From an uncultured delta proteobacterium (GTDB lineage: Bacteria > Myxococcota > Myxococcia > Myxococcales > Myxococcaceae), in assembly GCA_963776345.1 (NCBI GenBank), contig CAVZMH010000015.1, positions 544,001 through 608,000 on the forward strand: a stretch of 64,000 bases of DNA, in the 5' to 3' direction. The notes under the pieces were generated by a model. That model saw only the letters and a list, made by a program, of their open reading frames with translations, ran no database searches and was not told the origin of the DNA. The position numbers were made by a program, and so were the translations under genes. This document shows, one piece after another, positions 22,710 through 33,819 of the stretch. Within the stretch, counting starts at the first letter, position 1. Each line of letters begins with the position of its first letter.

Positions 22710-23247
22710 GTGAAGGTCGCGTACGCGGGCGAGCCCGGGGCGTTCGGCGAGGAGGCGGCACGGATGCTGCCCGGGGCCGAGCCCGTGCCCTGCCCCTCCT
22801 TCGCCGCAGTCTTCGAGGCGGTCGAGCGCGGCGCGGCGGACCGCGGGGTGGTCCCGCTCCACAACTCGAGGGCGGGCATGGTCGAGGAGGTCGTCCGGCT
22901 GATTGCGCGGTCACCGCTTCAAGTCGCCGACCGCCTCGCGCTCCGGGTGCGCCAGTGCCTGCTGGCGCTCGCCGGGAGCGCGGCTGGGCGACATCCGCCG
23001 CGTGGCCTCGCATCCGCAGGCCCTCGCCCAGTGCAGTCAGTGGATCGAGCCCCGCGGCTGGGAGCTCCTGGCCCGGACCAGCACCTCGAGCGCGGCGCGA
23101 CAGCTGTCCGAGGACCGGGACCCGGCCTGCGCGGTCATCGCCAGCGCTGCGGCCGGCCGCATCTACGGGCTCACGGTGCTCGCGGAGGGGATCGAGGACG
23201 ACCCGGAGAACACCACCCGGTTCGCCGTGCTCCGCCGGACGGTGTGA
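22710..23247 (+). CDS. Stand-alone prephenate dehydratase catalytic domain (one frameshift near 22975)
   Basis: VAYAGEPGAF, VVPLHNS, SHPQALAQC, IEDDPENTTRF; no ACT domain. Confidence 0.8.
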
Positions 23248-23311
23248 CGGGTCCGGCCGTCTCGTGGGAACAAAGGAGGTGCTCCTTGCGTCCTTCCGGC
23301 GGGGACACGAG

Positions 23312-23806
23312 ATGCGCATCGCACCCACACGACCCGACGGTGACGGCATTCAGATCGCTCTGCACCAGGGCCCACGACGAGCGCTCTGGCCGCTGTTCGA
23401 GCTTGCGGACGATTCGGCGGTGGCCATCCGGCGGTACCTCGACCTCGGCCTGGTGCACGTGGCGGTGACCGGCGGCGTGGCGATCGGCCACGCGCAGATC
23501 ATCCCCCACGAGGTGCGAGTGTGGGAGCTCAAGAGCCTGGCGGTGCTCGCGGCGTACCGTGGACGGGGCGTGGGGAGCCAGCTCGTGCGCCGGTCGATGG
23601 CCTGGGTGCGCGAGCACGGCGCCGAGCAGCTCCTCGTCGCGACCGCCACCGCCGACCTGGAAGCCCTCGGCTTCTACCAGCGGCTCGGGTTCCGCATGCT
23701 GCGCATCGAGCGGGACGCCTTCACCCCCCAGGGCGGATACCCCGAAGGCCTCTCGGTCCGGGGCATCCCGGTCCGAGACCGGGTGTGGCTCGAGCAGCCG
23801 CTCTAG
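23312..23806 (+). CDS. GNAT family acetyltransferase
   Basis: ELKSLAV...YRGRGVGSQL, ALGFYQRLGF. Confidence 0.85.
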   Translation: MRIAPTRPDGDGIQIALHQGPRRALWPLFELADDSAVAIRRYLDLGLVHVAVTGGVAIGHAQIIPHEVRVWELKSLAVLAAYRGRGVGSQLVRRSMAWVREHGAEQLLVATATADLEALGFYQRLGFRMLRIERDAFTPQGGYPEGLSVRGIPVRDRVWLEQPL

Positions 23807-24306
23807 CGGAAGCTGAGCTTGCCGATGTAGTCGCGCTTGCCCAGGTCGACGCCGTTGTGCCGGAGGATCGCGTAGGCGGTGGTGAGGTGGAAGAAGAAGT
23901 TCGGCATCGCCTGCTGGAGGAAGTAGTCGGTCGCCCGCATCGATCTCCCTTCCCAGCGCGGACGCTTGACCTCGCGGGAGTCGGTGCCGTCGAGATCGGC
24001 GGGGGTGAAGGTCCCGAGGTACTCGATCACCGAGGCGATGCGGACGCGGATCTCCCCGAAGGTCTGCTCGGTGTCCGGGTGCGAGGGCGGTTCCTTGCCG
24101 GCGGTGAACGCGGCGGCGAACTTGGCGTTGTCGCAGGCGTTCTGGAGCTGCCGGACCAGCGGGAACATGTCCGGTGCCAGCCGGGCCTGGAGCAGGACGT
24201 TCGGGTCGTAGCCCTTCGCCGCGGCGTGGGCCTCGGCCTTGTCGAGCCAGGTGGTCATCTGGCCGAGCAGCTTCTTCATCTCGACGACGATCGGGTAGAG
24301 GGACAT
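23803..24306 (-). CDS. DUF1993 family protein
   Basis: RLAPDMFPL...PNFFFHLTTAYAILRHNGVDLGKRDY. Confidence 0.88.
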   Translation of the reverse strand: MSLYPIVVEMKKLLGQMTTWLDKAEAHAAAKGYDPNVLLQARLAPDMFPLVRQLQNACDNAKFAAAFTAGKEPPSHPDTEQTFGEIRVRIASVIEYLGTFTPADLDGTDSREVKRPRWEGRSMRATDYFLQQAMPNFFFHLTTAYAILRHNGVDLGKRDYIGKLSFR

Positions 24307-24427
24307 CCCGGCAAGCTAACGGGCGAGCTCGTCGAATCCACCGCAAGCTGCGGACGAACCGCTCGAAGATCGAGCTCGAGCCGATCTCGCGGCGCTCGTG
24401 CGAAGCGCCGCAGCCCTCGCCCGCCGG

Positions 24428-25687
<1,260 letters not shown>

Positions 25688-25722
25688 GGGCAACAGACCT
25701 AGCTCCGGCCCCCGGGGCGGCG

Positions 25723-25965
25723 CTACTTCTTGTGGGTGTTGATGTAGTTGATGGCGTCCCCGACGGTCTTGATGTTCTCGGCCTCCTCGTCGGGGATCTC
25801 CACCTCGAACTCCTCTTCCATCGCCATCACCAGCTCGACGATGTCCAGGCTGTCCGCTCCGAGGTCCTCGATGAAGGAGGACTCGGGCTTGATCTCGTCC
25901 TCACCGACGCCCAGCTGGTCGGCGATGATCGACTTGACCTTGGCCTCGATTGCACTCGTCGCCAT
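25723..25965 (-). CDS. acpP: Acyl carrier protein
   Basis: [14 protein letters not shown]. Confidence 0.97.
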   Translation of the reverse strand: MATSAIEAKVKSIIADQLGVGEDEIKPESSFIEDLGADSLDIVELVMAMEEEFEVEIPDEEAENIKTVGDAINYINTHKK

Positions 25966-26098
25966 CTGATTCCTCCGGTCCCTTCTCTGTCGAAGTGCTT
26001 CCGAATCTCTGCTGGGGGACGCTTCCGGGGGACCTCAGGAGCACCTGGTCGGTCCCGCGGGCAACCCCCGGGGCGCGCGCGATATAGCCCACGCCCCT

Positions 26099-26833
26099 CT
26101 ACATGTACATGCCGCCGTTCACCTTCAGGACCTCACCGGTCACGTAGGATGCCGCGTCACTGGCCAGGAAAAGCACGGCCTTCGCCACCTCTTCGGCGGT
26201 GCCGAGCCGTCCCAGCGGAATCGCCTCGGTCATCTTCGCTTTCAGCTCGGCGCCGATGCCCGCGGTCATGTCGGTGTCGATGAAACCGGGGGAGACCGCG
26301 TTCACCCGGACGTTCCGGCTCGCCAGCTCACGGGCGAGCGACTTGGTGAGGCCGATCAGCCCGGCCTTGCTCGCCGCGTAGGCGGCCTGGCCCACGTTCC
26401 CCATCTCCCCCACGACCGAGGTGAGGTTCACGATGGCCCCGGAGCGCTGCTTCATCATCGGGCGCGCCGCAGCGCGGCAGAGCGCGAAGGCGCCCTTGAG
26501 GTTGGTGTCCAGCTGACGGTCCCAGTCCTCGTCCTTCACCCGGACCGCGAGCCCGTCGATGGCGACGCCGGCGTTGTTCACCAGCACGTCCAGCCGTCCA
26601 GCGCCCTTCACCACCTCGTCGACGGCCGCGGCGCAGGCCGCGGTGTCCGCCACGTCGAAGCGCATGCTCTTCGCGGTCGGCCCGCTCGCCGCCACCGCCT
26701 CGGCGGCCGCGGCCTCGTTCCCGGCGTAGGTCAGCACCACCGTCGCCCCGGCCCGGCCGAACGCCACCGCGCAGGCACGGCCGATGCCCCGCGAGCCGCC
26801 GGTGACCAGAACCACCTTTCCGGTGAAGTCCAT
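26099..26833 (-). CDS. fabG: 3-oxoacyl-ACP reductase
   Basis: TGGSRGIG, NNAG, YAASK. Confidence 0.95.
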   Translation of the reverse strand: MDFTGKVVLVTGGSRGIGRACAVAFGRAGATVVLTYAGNEAAAAEAVAASGPTAKSMRFDVADTAACAAAVDEVVKGAGRLDVLVNNAGVAIDGLAVRVKDEDWDRQLDTNLKGAFALCRAAARPMMKQRSGAIVNLTSVVGEMGNVGQAAYAASKAGLIGLTKSLARELASRNVRVNAVSPGFIDTDMTAGIGAELKAKMTEAIPLGRLGTAEEVAKAVLFLASDAASYVTGEVLKVNGGMYM

Positions 26834-26857
26834 CGTCCGTTCCCCTCGCGAGGGCCC

Positions 26858-27796
26858 TCAGCGGCCCCCGGCGGCGGCGAGCGACCTCTCCAGGCTCGCC
26901 GGGTCCTCCACGTTGAGCACCTCGATCTCCTTCGAGATGCGCTTCACCAGCCCGCCCAGCACCCGTCCGGGCCCCAGCTCCACCACCCGGCCGACCCCCG
27001 CCGCGGCGAGCGCGCGGATCGACTCGACCCAGCGCACCGGCGCGCTCACCTGGGCGAGCAAGAGCGGCACCACCCGCGCGGCGTCGGAGTTCGGCGCCGC
27101 CTCGACGTTGGTCACCACCGGCACCCGCGGCGCGTTCACCGTGCACCGGGCGAGCACCTCGGCGAGCCGCGGCTTCACCGGCTCCATCAGCGCGCAGTGG
27201 AAGGGAGCGGACACCGACAGCGGCACCACCCGCTTGGCGCCGGCCTCGCGGAGCCGCGCCGAGACTCGCTCCACCGCCGCGGCGTGACCGGCGATGACCG
27301 TCTGCTCGGGCGAGTTGTAGTTCGCCGGCGAGACCACCTGCCCGTCGGCCGACTCGGCGCAGATGCGGGCCACCACCTCGGCGTCGAGGCCGAGCACCGC
27401 GGCCATGGCCCCGGTCCCGGCGGGCACCGCCTCCTGCATGAACGTGCCGCGCGCCCGGACGGCCCGGACCGCGTCGCCGAGCGAGAGCGCCCCTGCGGCC
27501 ACCAGCGCCGAGTACTCGCCCAGCGAATGCCCGGCGACGAAGGCGGCCGGAGCCCCCCGGGCGGACCACACCGCGTGCGCGGCGATGGACATGGTGAGGA
27601 TGGCCGGCTGGGTGTTGCGGGTCAGCACCAGCTCGGACTCCGGGCCCTCGAAGCAGAGCCTCGACAGCGGCTCGCCGAGCGCGTCGTCCGCGGCCTGGAA
27701 CACCGCGCGGGCCTCGGGGAACGCCTCGGCCAGGGCCTTGCCCATGCCCACCACCTGGCTCCCCTGCCCGGGAAAGAGGAAGGCGGTGGCTACCAT
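26858..27796 (-). CDS. fabD: Malonyl-CoA:ACP transacylase
   Basis: FPGQGSQ, GHSLGEY, SAPFH. Confidence 0.95.
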   Translation of the reverse strand: MVATAFLFPGQGSQVVGMGKALAEAFPEARAVFQAADDALGEPLSRLCFEGPESELVLTRNTQPAILTMSIAAHAVWSARGAPAAFVAGHSLGEYSALVAAGALSLGDAVRAVRARGTFMQEAVPAGTGAMAAVLGLDAEVVARICAESADGQVVSPANYNSPEQTVIAGHAAAVERVSARLREAGAKRVVPLSVSAPFHCALMEPVKPRLAEVLARCTVNAPRVPVVTNVEAAPNSDAARVVPLLLAQVSAPVRWVESIRALAAAGVGRVVELGPGRVLGGLVKRISKEIEVLNVEDPASLERSLAAAGGR

Positions 27797-28773
27797 CGGA
27801 TGACGCCGGCGCCCCAGGCCATCCCCGCCCCGATGGCCATCGTGGCGATGATGTCCCCGGGGTGGAGGCGACCGGCGCGGTTCGCCTCGTCGAGCGTGGT
27901 GGGCAGCGACGCCGAGGAGGTGTTGCCGTAGCGGTGGATGTTCACCCAGCACTTCTCGATCGGAAGCCCGAGCCGGTGACACACCGACTCGATGATCCGG
28001 AGGTTCGCCTGGTGGCCGATGAGGTGGGTCACATCCGCGGCGGTGAGGCCCTGCTTCCCCAGCGCCTCGAGCACCGCCTCGGGCAGGGCGCGGACGGCGT
28101 ACTTGTAGACGTCACGGCCGTTCATCGCGACCTTGTTCAGCTTCTTCTCCAGCACCTCGGGCGACTGCGGATGGAGGCTGCCGCCGCCGGCGATGGTGAG
28201 GATGCCGGCGGCCTCGCCATCGGAGTGGAGCTCGATGCCGAGGATGCCGCGTGCCGGGTCCGCCGAGGGGCCGAGCACCATCGCCCCGGCCGCGTCCCCG
28301 AAGAGCACGCAGGTGTTCCGGTCCGTCCAGTCGACGATGCGGCTCAGGAGCTCGGCGCCGATCACCAGCGCCCGCCGGGCGCTGCCGTTGCGGATGTACT
28401 GGTCGGCGATCGCCATCCCGTACAGCGAGCCCGCGCAGGCGGCCGAGAGGTCGAAGGCGAAGGCCTTCTTCGCCCCCAGCTTGGCCTGCACCATCACCGC
28501 GCAGGACGGCATGGGCATGTCGGGGGAGATGGTCCCCACGATGATCATGTCCAGCTCGTCGGCCCGGGTGTGAGCCATCTCCAGCGCCCGGATGGCCGCC
28601 TTCACCGCCATGTCCGAGGTGACCTCGCCCGGGGCGGCGATGCGGCGCTCCTTGATGCCGGTGCGCTCGGTGATCCAGGCGTCCGACGTCTCGACCATCC
28701 GCTCGAGATCTGCGTTGGTCAGGACCTTGTCGGGCGCGTAGGCGCCCGTGCCCAGGATCGCGGTGCGTGTCAC
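27790..28773 (-). CDS. fabH: Beta-ketoacyl-ACP synthase III
   Basis: [23 protein letters not shown] start after GGAGAGG. Confidence 0.95.
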   Translation of the reverse strand: MTRTAILGTGAYAPDKVLTNADLERMVETSDAWITERTGIKERRIAAPGEVTSDMAVKAAIRALEMAHTRADELDMIIVGTISPDMPMPSCAVMVQAKLGAKKAFAFDLSAACAGSLYGMAIADQYIRNGSARRALVIGAELLSRIVDWTDRNTCVLFGDAAGAMVLGPSADPARGILGIELHSDGEAAGILTIAGGGSLHPQSPEVLEKKLNKVAMNGRDVYKYAVRALPEAVLEALGKQGLTAADVTHLIGHQANLRIIESVCHRLGLPIEKCWVNIHRYGNTSSASLPTTLDEANRAGRLHPGDIIATMAIGAGMAWGAGVIRW

Positions 28774-28914
28774 TGCCCGGCCCTCTCCTCCCTGGACGAG
28801 CGGCCCAGGGCGCGGGTCACCATGACGCATGCGCGCAGGATTGTCGTGCGCCGCACCGCGCCCGGGTTGTGCTTCCACCGAAATTGACTCCGCGCGTCAT
28901 CCACGGGCAGGCGG

Positions 28915-29097
28915 CTACTTGACCGCGATGACCTCGCGTCCGGCGTAGTGGCCGCAGCTCTTGCACGCGCGATGCGGAAGCACCGGCTCCTTGCAGTTCG
29001 GGCAGGAGATGACCTGCACCGCCACGCGGAGGTTGTTGTTGCCAGCACGCCGGCGATCGCGGCGCATCTTCGACGTCCTCTTCTTGGGAACTCCCAC
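28915..29097 (-). CDS. rpmF: 50S ribosomal protein L32
   Basis: [20 protein letters not shown]...HRAC..CG. Confidence 0.96.
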   Translation of the reverse strand: MGVPKKRTSKMRRDRRRAGNNNLRVAVQVISCPNCKEPVLPHRACKSCGHYAGREVIAVK

Positions 29098-29109
29098 GGC
29101 GTTCTGCTC

Positions 29110-29673
29110 CTAGTTCAGCTTGATGTTCTTCAGCTGGGCGAGCCGGGGATCTACCCGGTCGGTGGCGCACCCGCACTGCCCTTCGTTCAGATTCTGGCCG
29201 CACGTGCCGCACAGGCCCTTGCAGTCCTCGCGGCATTCGGCGTGCATCGGCAGGGCGAGGAGGACCTGTTCCCGCACCAGCGGATCCAGGTCGATGTGCT
29301 TGCCGTCGAAGAGCTCCTCGTCGGCCCGCTCCAGGTCGAAGGTCCCGACCTGCTCGGCGTCGCCCTTGTCCGCCCCGTCCTTGCGGTGGGACAGGGCCGC
29401 CGGGGAGACCAGGTTGAGGGTGAAGCTCACCGGGATCCGGAGGTGGACGTCGGCGAGGCAGCGCCGGCACGGAGTGTGGACCGGCACCTCGGTCGAGCCG
29501 CGCAGGAGCACCCCGCTCCCGGTCTTCTGGAGCTTGACCTGGAGGCTGGCCGGACCGTCCGGGCGGAACCCGGTGTCCTTGACCTCGGCGAGGGCGTGGG
29601 TGAGGAAGCTCTCCGAGAGCTTCTCGTCGAGGGAGAGGCCCCCCTCGCGGATCTGATCGACGGTGACAACCAT
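29110..29673 (-). CDS. yceD: DUF177/YceD family protein
   Basis: CRRCL, IDLDPLVREQVLLALP, CKGLCGTCG; lies upstream of rpmF. Confidence 0.9.
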   Translation of the reverse strand: MVVTVDQIREGGLSLDEKLSESFLTHALAEVKDTGFRPDGPASLQVKLQKTGSGVLLRGSTEVPVHTPCRRCLADVHLRIPVSFTLNLVSPAALSHRKDGADKGDAEQVGTFDLERADEELFDGKHIDLDPLVREQVLLALPMHAECREDCKGLCGTCGQNLNEGQCGCATDRVDPRLAQLKNIKLN

Positions 29674-29695
29674 GGGCGGCGGTAAAAGGGCGCGG

Positions 29696-29724
29696 ACTTA
29701 ATGGCACACCCCGCCCCCTGTCAA
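29696..29724 (-). promoter_or_regulatory. Putative sigma70 promoter of the yceD-rpmF-fab operon
   Basis: TTGACA-N17-TTAAGT on the minus strand; -10 box imperfect. Confidence 0.5.
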
Positions 29725-29745
29725 CGAGCGGGACGTTCCTCGCCC

Positions 29746-29772
29746 GTCATGGCCTCGACACCCAAGCGTCAC
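29746..29772 (+). promoter_or_regulatory. Putative Pho box upstream of phoB
   Basis: GTCAT-N6-GACAC-N6-GTCAC, 11-bp periodicity. Confidence 0.55.
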
Positions 29773-29846
29773 CCCACCCGTGGGACCCGTCTGGTACAGG
29801 CGTGCTCCCGGGTCAGTGGCCAGCCCTCCCGGAGGTTCCCCCGCCC

Positions 29847-30539
29847 GTGTCGCGCATCCTGATCGTCGAGGACGAGCAAGACCTCGCCAACCTCCTCACC
29901 TACAACCTGAGCGCCGCCGGGTTCGAGACAGAGACCACCCACACCGGGGCGGCCGCCCTCAGCCGGGCCAAGTCGTTCAAGCCCGACCTGGTCTTGCTCG
30001 ACCTGATGCTTCCCGACCTCCCGGGCAGCGAGGTCCTCCGGCTCATCAAGGAGGACCCCACCCTGCGCCGCACGGCGGTGGTGATGGTCACCGCCAAGGG
30101 GCAGGAGTCAGACCGGGTGCAGGGCCTCGAGCTCGGCGCGGACGACTACGTGGTGAAGCCGTTCAGCGTTCGTGAGCTGGCGCTCCGGGTCAAGGCGGTG
30201 CTCCGCCGGATGGCCAGCGACTCCGAGGGGACCGGCGTGCTGGCGGCGGGCAGCATCCGGCTCGACCCCGCCCGGCACGAGGTGACGGTGGGCGGCGTCG
30301 AGGTGGCCCTCACCGCGCTCGAGTTCCGCCTGCTCAAGACGCTGCTCGAGCGCCCGGGCCGGGTCCAGACCCGCGAGGTGCTGCTGGCCGACGTCTGGGG
30401 CATCGAGGCGGACATCACCACCCGCACCGTCGACACCCACATCAAGCGGCTGCGGGAGAAGCTCGGGGCCGCCGGGGACATCATCGAGACGGTCCGCGGG
30501 GTCGGCTACAAGCTGGCCAGCCCCGACAAGGACGCGTGA
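29847..30539 (+). CDS. phoB: OmpR/PhoB-family response regulator
   Basis: ILIVEDE, LDLMLP, GADDYVVKPF, winged helix TRTVDTHIKRLREKL. Confidence 0.9.
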   Translation: MSRILIVEDEQDLANLLTYNLSAAGFETETTHTGAAALSRAKSFKPDLVLLDLMLPDLPGSEVLRLIKEDPTLRRTAVVMVTAKGQESDRVQGLELGADDYVVKPFSVRELALRVKAVLRRMASDSEGTGVLAAGSIRLDPARHEVTVGGVEVALTALEFRLLKTLLERPGRVQTREVLLADVWGIEADITTRTVDTHIKRLREKLGAAGDIIETVRGVGYKLASPDKDA

Positions 30540-31807
30540 GCGAGCTTCCCCAGCCGCGCCGGATCCTCTTCCTCCTCCTCGCCACCCTGCTCCCCGGCAT
30601 CGCCGCGGGCATCGGCGCCGGAGCGCTCACCGACCTGCGCGCCGGGCTCCTGGCCGGGGGACTGGCCGCCTTCGTCGCCTTCGTCATCGCCGCGGCCAGC
30701 GAGAGCGAGTCGGCGCGGGCGGTGACCCGGACCGAGGAGGCCGCCGAGGCGCGCCAGCGGGCCACCGTGGAGGAGCGGGACGGCGCGCTGCTCGAGGTGC
30801 GGACCCTGGCCGCGGCCATCGAGGCGATGGACGAGGGAATGTGGATCACCGACGCCAACGGCGTCGTGCTCCGGCACAACGAGGCGCTCCGCACCATCCT
30901 CGGCACGGACCAGGAGCTGGTCGGGCAGCGTCCGCTGTTCCTGGTGCGGAGGACCGAGCTCCACGATGCGGTCCTCCGTGCCTGCCGCGAGGGCGTGACC
31001 TCGAAGGTCGAGGTGTCGATGGACGCCCCGAGGAGCAAGACGCTCGAGGTGTACATCGCCCCGCTCGGGGGCTCGCTGCCCGGCAGCGCGGCGGTGTTCC
31101 GCGACGTCACCGAGCGCAAGCGGCTGGAGCGGGTGCGTCAGGACTTCGTGGCCAACGTGAGCCACGAGCTCCGGACGCCCATCGCCGCCATCCTCGGCTA
31201 TGCCGAGACGCTGCGCTCGGGCGCTCTGGCGGACGCCAAGCACGCGCCCCAGATGGTGGAGATCATCCACCGGCAGTCGGAGCGGCTCAACGAGCTGGTG
31301 TCCGACCTGCTCGAGCTGTCCCGGCTGGACGCCGGGGAGCGGCCGCTGTCCTCGACGCCGGTCTCTCTGGAGACCATCGCCCGGCAGGCCAGCGAGGCCA
31401 TGGAGCCCCGGGCCAGCGGCAAGCGCCTGGCGATGCAGCTCCGCATCCCGCCCGACCTGACCGCCCGGGCCGACCCCAAGGCCGTGGAACAGGTGCTCCT
31501 GAACCTGCTGGACAACGCCATCAAGTACACGCCCGAGGGGGGGACGGTGGAGATCATCGGCGAGCGGGTGGGAGACCGCGCCCACCTCTCCGTCCGGGAC
31601 ACGGGCCTGGGCATCGAGACCAAGCACCTGCCCCGTCTCTTCGAGCGGTTCTACCGGGTGGACCGGGGCCGGAGCCGGGAGATGGGGGGGACGGGCCTGG
31701 GGCTGTCCATCGTCCGCCACCTGGTGCACGGGATGGAGGGAGAGGTGCGCGTCTCGAGCCAGCTCGGGGTGGGCAGCACCTTCACCGTGGTGCTCCCGGC
31801 AGCCTGA
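30536..31807 (+). CDS. phoR: PhoR-like sensor histidine kinase (TM-PAS-HisKA-HATPase)
   Basis: DFVANVSHELRTP, NLLDNAIKY, RFYRVD..RSR..GGTGLGL. Confidence 0.9.
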   Translation: MSELPQPRRILFLLLATLLPGIAAGIGAGALTDLRAGLLAGGLAAFVAFVIAAASESESARAVTRTEEAAEARQRATVEERDGALLEVRTLAAAIEAMDEGMWITDANGVVLRHNEALRTILGTDQELVGQRPLFLVRRTELHDAVLRACREGVTSKVEVSMDAPRSKTLEVYIAPLGGSLPGSAAVFRDVTERKRLERVRQDFVANVSHELRTPIAAILGYAETLRSGALADAKHAPQMVEIIHRQSERLNELVSDLLELSRLDAGERPLSSTPVSLETIARQASEAMEPRASGKRLAMQLRIPPDLTARADPKAVEQVLLNLLDNAIKYTPEGGTVEIIGERVGDRAHLSVRDTGLGIETKHLPRLFERFYRVDRGRSREMGGTGLGLSIVRHLVHGMEGEVRVSSQLGVGSTFTVVLPAA

Positions 31808-31862
31808 ACGTCAACCCCGCCGTGGCCGGACGGTGACAGGAGCAGGTACACTCCGGGGCGCC

Positions 31863-32861
31863 ATGCGGGTGGCCATCCTGGCAGACATCCACGGGAATCT
31901 CCCGGCCTGCGAGGCGGTGCTCCAGGACATCGCCAGGAACGGGGCCGACGTGGTGGTGGCGGCGGGGGACCTGGCGCTCCGCGGCGCGCATCCCCGCGAG
32001 ACCGTGGAGCTCCTCTTCGACCGCTGCCAGGCGGTGTTGATGGGAAACACCGACTGCTACATCGCCGGGAACTACCTGGGGGGGGCGTACCGCGAGCGCG
32101 AGCACTGGAAGCGCGACCTCCTCGCCTGGACCCGCGAGCAGCTCGGCCCGGAGTGGACCCGGAAGCTGGGGGAGCTCCCCTTCAGCGTGCGGTTCTCGCC
32201 GCGGCGGGGGCAGGACCTCTACGTCTGCCACGCAAATCCGCGGAACCTCGAGGAGTCCGTCGACCCGACGCTGGACGAGGCAGCGCTGCGGCGCTTCTTC
32301 GCGCACCTGGACGCCGCCGCCTGCGCGTTCGGGCACCTGCACTTCCCCTACCGCCGGCGCTTCGGGCGGATGCTGCTGGCGGACGTGGCCTCCGCTGGCA
32401 TCCCCCGCGACGGCGACGTGCGCCCGGCCTACGGGCTCTTCACCTGGACCCCGCGCGGCTGGCGGGTGCAGATCCGCCGGGTCCGCTACTCGGTGCGCCG
32501 GGCGACCCAGGCCCTCACCGCGCTCCGGGTCCCCGGGGGCCCGCTCCTGGTGCACAAGCTGCTCGAGGCGCGGTACCGGCACCACGGCGCGCTGCTCGAG
32601 GCGGCCCGGCGGCACTCGGGGCTTCCGCCCGTGGGGGGCCGCCCGGCCATCGAGGCGCTGCGGTCTCACGACCAGTCGGTCCGTCCGCCGCTGGCCCCCG
32701 TCGCCCTCACCCCGCCGGAGGGGATTCCCGCCCAGGTGGAGCGGCTGGCCGACGCGGTCCTGCCGGTGATGGCGGCGGCGCCGCTCGGCGACGGCCGCGT
32801 CGACGGGGTGGACGAGTCCGACGGCGAGCTCCCCGACGAGAACGCCGTCAGCTTCCGCTGA
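31863..32861 (+). CDS. Calcineurin-like metallophosphoesterase (Pph2-like phosphatase)
   Basis: DIHGN, GD, GNTD, CHA and GHLH motifs; directly after phoBR. Confidence 0.85.
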   Translation: MRVAILADIHGNLPACEAVLQDIARNGADVVVAAGDLALRGAHPRETVELLFDRCQAVLMGNTDCYIAGNYLGGAYREREHWKRDLLAWTREQLGPEWTRKLGELPFSVRFSPRRGQDLYVCHANPRNLEESVDPTLDEAALRRFFAHLDAAACAFGHLHFPYRRRFGRMLLADVASAGIPRDGDVRPAYGLFTWTPRGWRVQIRRVRYSVRRATQALTALRVPGGPLLVHKLLEARYRHHGALLEAARRHSGLPPVGGRPAIEALRSHDQSVRPPLAPVALTPPEGIPAQVERLADAVLPVMAAAPLGDGRVDGVDESDGELPDENAVSFR

Positions 32862-32926
32862 ACATCGGCCGCTCGCCTTGCTAGGGTCCGCGCCGGACCG
32901 TGGCAGGACGCGAGGAGATTGCACCG

Positions 32927-33601
32927 ATGACCACCGCCACCCTGGAGCAGGCGCTGAAGGCCGCTCTCGCCCCGCGAGATCTGCTCACCCACCCCTTCTA
33001 CCGCGCGTGGTCCGCGGGAGAGCTCAGGCCGGAGGACCTCGCGCGCTACGCGGAGCAGTACCACTTTCAAGTCCTGGCGCTGCCGGAGCTGCTGCGGCGG
33101 GCGCGGGCGCTGACCACGGACGCCGAGACCGAGGACGAGCTGTCCGGGAACCTCGACGACGAGGAGGGCCGGACGGGCGTGGCGCACGCGCGGCTGTGGG
33201 AGGCGTTCGGGAGCGCGGTCGGCGCAGCGGCCGAGGCCTCCCCGCTGCCCGAGACGCGGGCGTCGGCCGAGGCGCTGACGGCGCTGGTCGGCGAGGACGA
33301 GGTGACGGCGCTCGCCGCGCTGTGGGCCTACGAGGTCCAGACCGCGCGGGTGGCGGACACGAAGGAGACGGGTCTCCGCTGCTACGGGGTGGACTCGCCG
33401 GCGGCGCTGCGCTTCTTCCGTCTGCACGGCGAGCTGGACGTGCACCACGCACGCGGACTGGCCGAGGCGCTGGAGCGGGCGATCGCCCGGGGCGGCTCGC
33501 TGGAGGCGGCGAAGGCGGCGGTGGAGCGGTCGTCGCAGGCCCAGTGGACGTTCCTGGACGGCGCCGAGCGCCTCCGGCAGGCGCGCCTCGCGGCCGCGTA
33601 G
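32927..33601 (+). CDS. CADD/PqqC-like heme-oxygenase-fold dimetal oxidase
   Basis: LLTHPFYRAWSAGEL, NLDDEE..H, AYE, HGELDVHH metal ligands; GGAGA RBS. Confidence 0.85.
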   Translation: MTTATLEQALKAALAPRDLLTHPFYRAWSAGELRPEDLARYAEQYHFQVLALPELLRRARALTTDAETEDELSGNLDDEEGRTGVAHARLWEAFGSAVGAAAEASPLPETRASAEALTALVGEDEVTALAALWAYEVQTARVADTKETGLRCYGVDSPAALRFFRLHGELDVHHARGLAEALERAIARGGSLEAAKAAVERSSQAQWTFLDGAERLRQARLAAA

Positions 33602-33819
33602 GGCTGGGAAGCGTTGTTGCTTGCGGCACCGCACTCTCCAGGGGTGTCTGGCGGCGGTGCTTGCGGTCGTCGTGGCCCTTGGGTGCCGGGAGCGGACAGC
33701 GACCATCGCCACCTCCTCGGCGACACTGGATGCCGGCGCCTCGGGTGCACGCTGAGCGGGAACCCGAGGCGCGCCGAGCCTCGCTCCCGAAATCCTTACG
33801 AAGGCCTCGACCAGGACCC

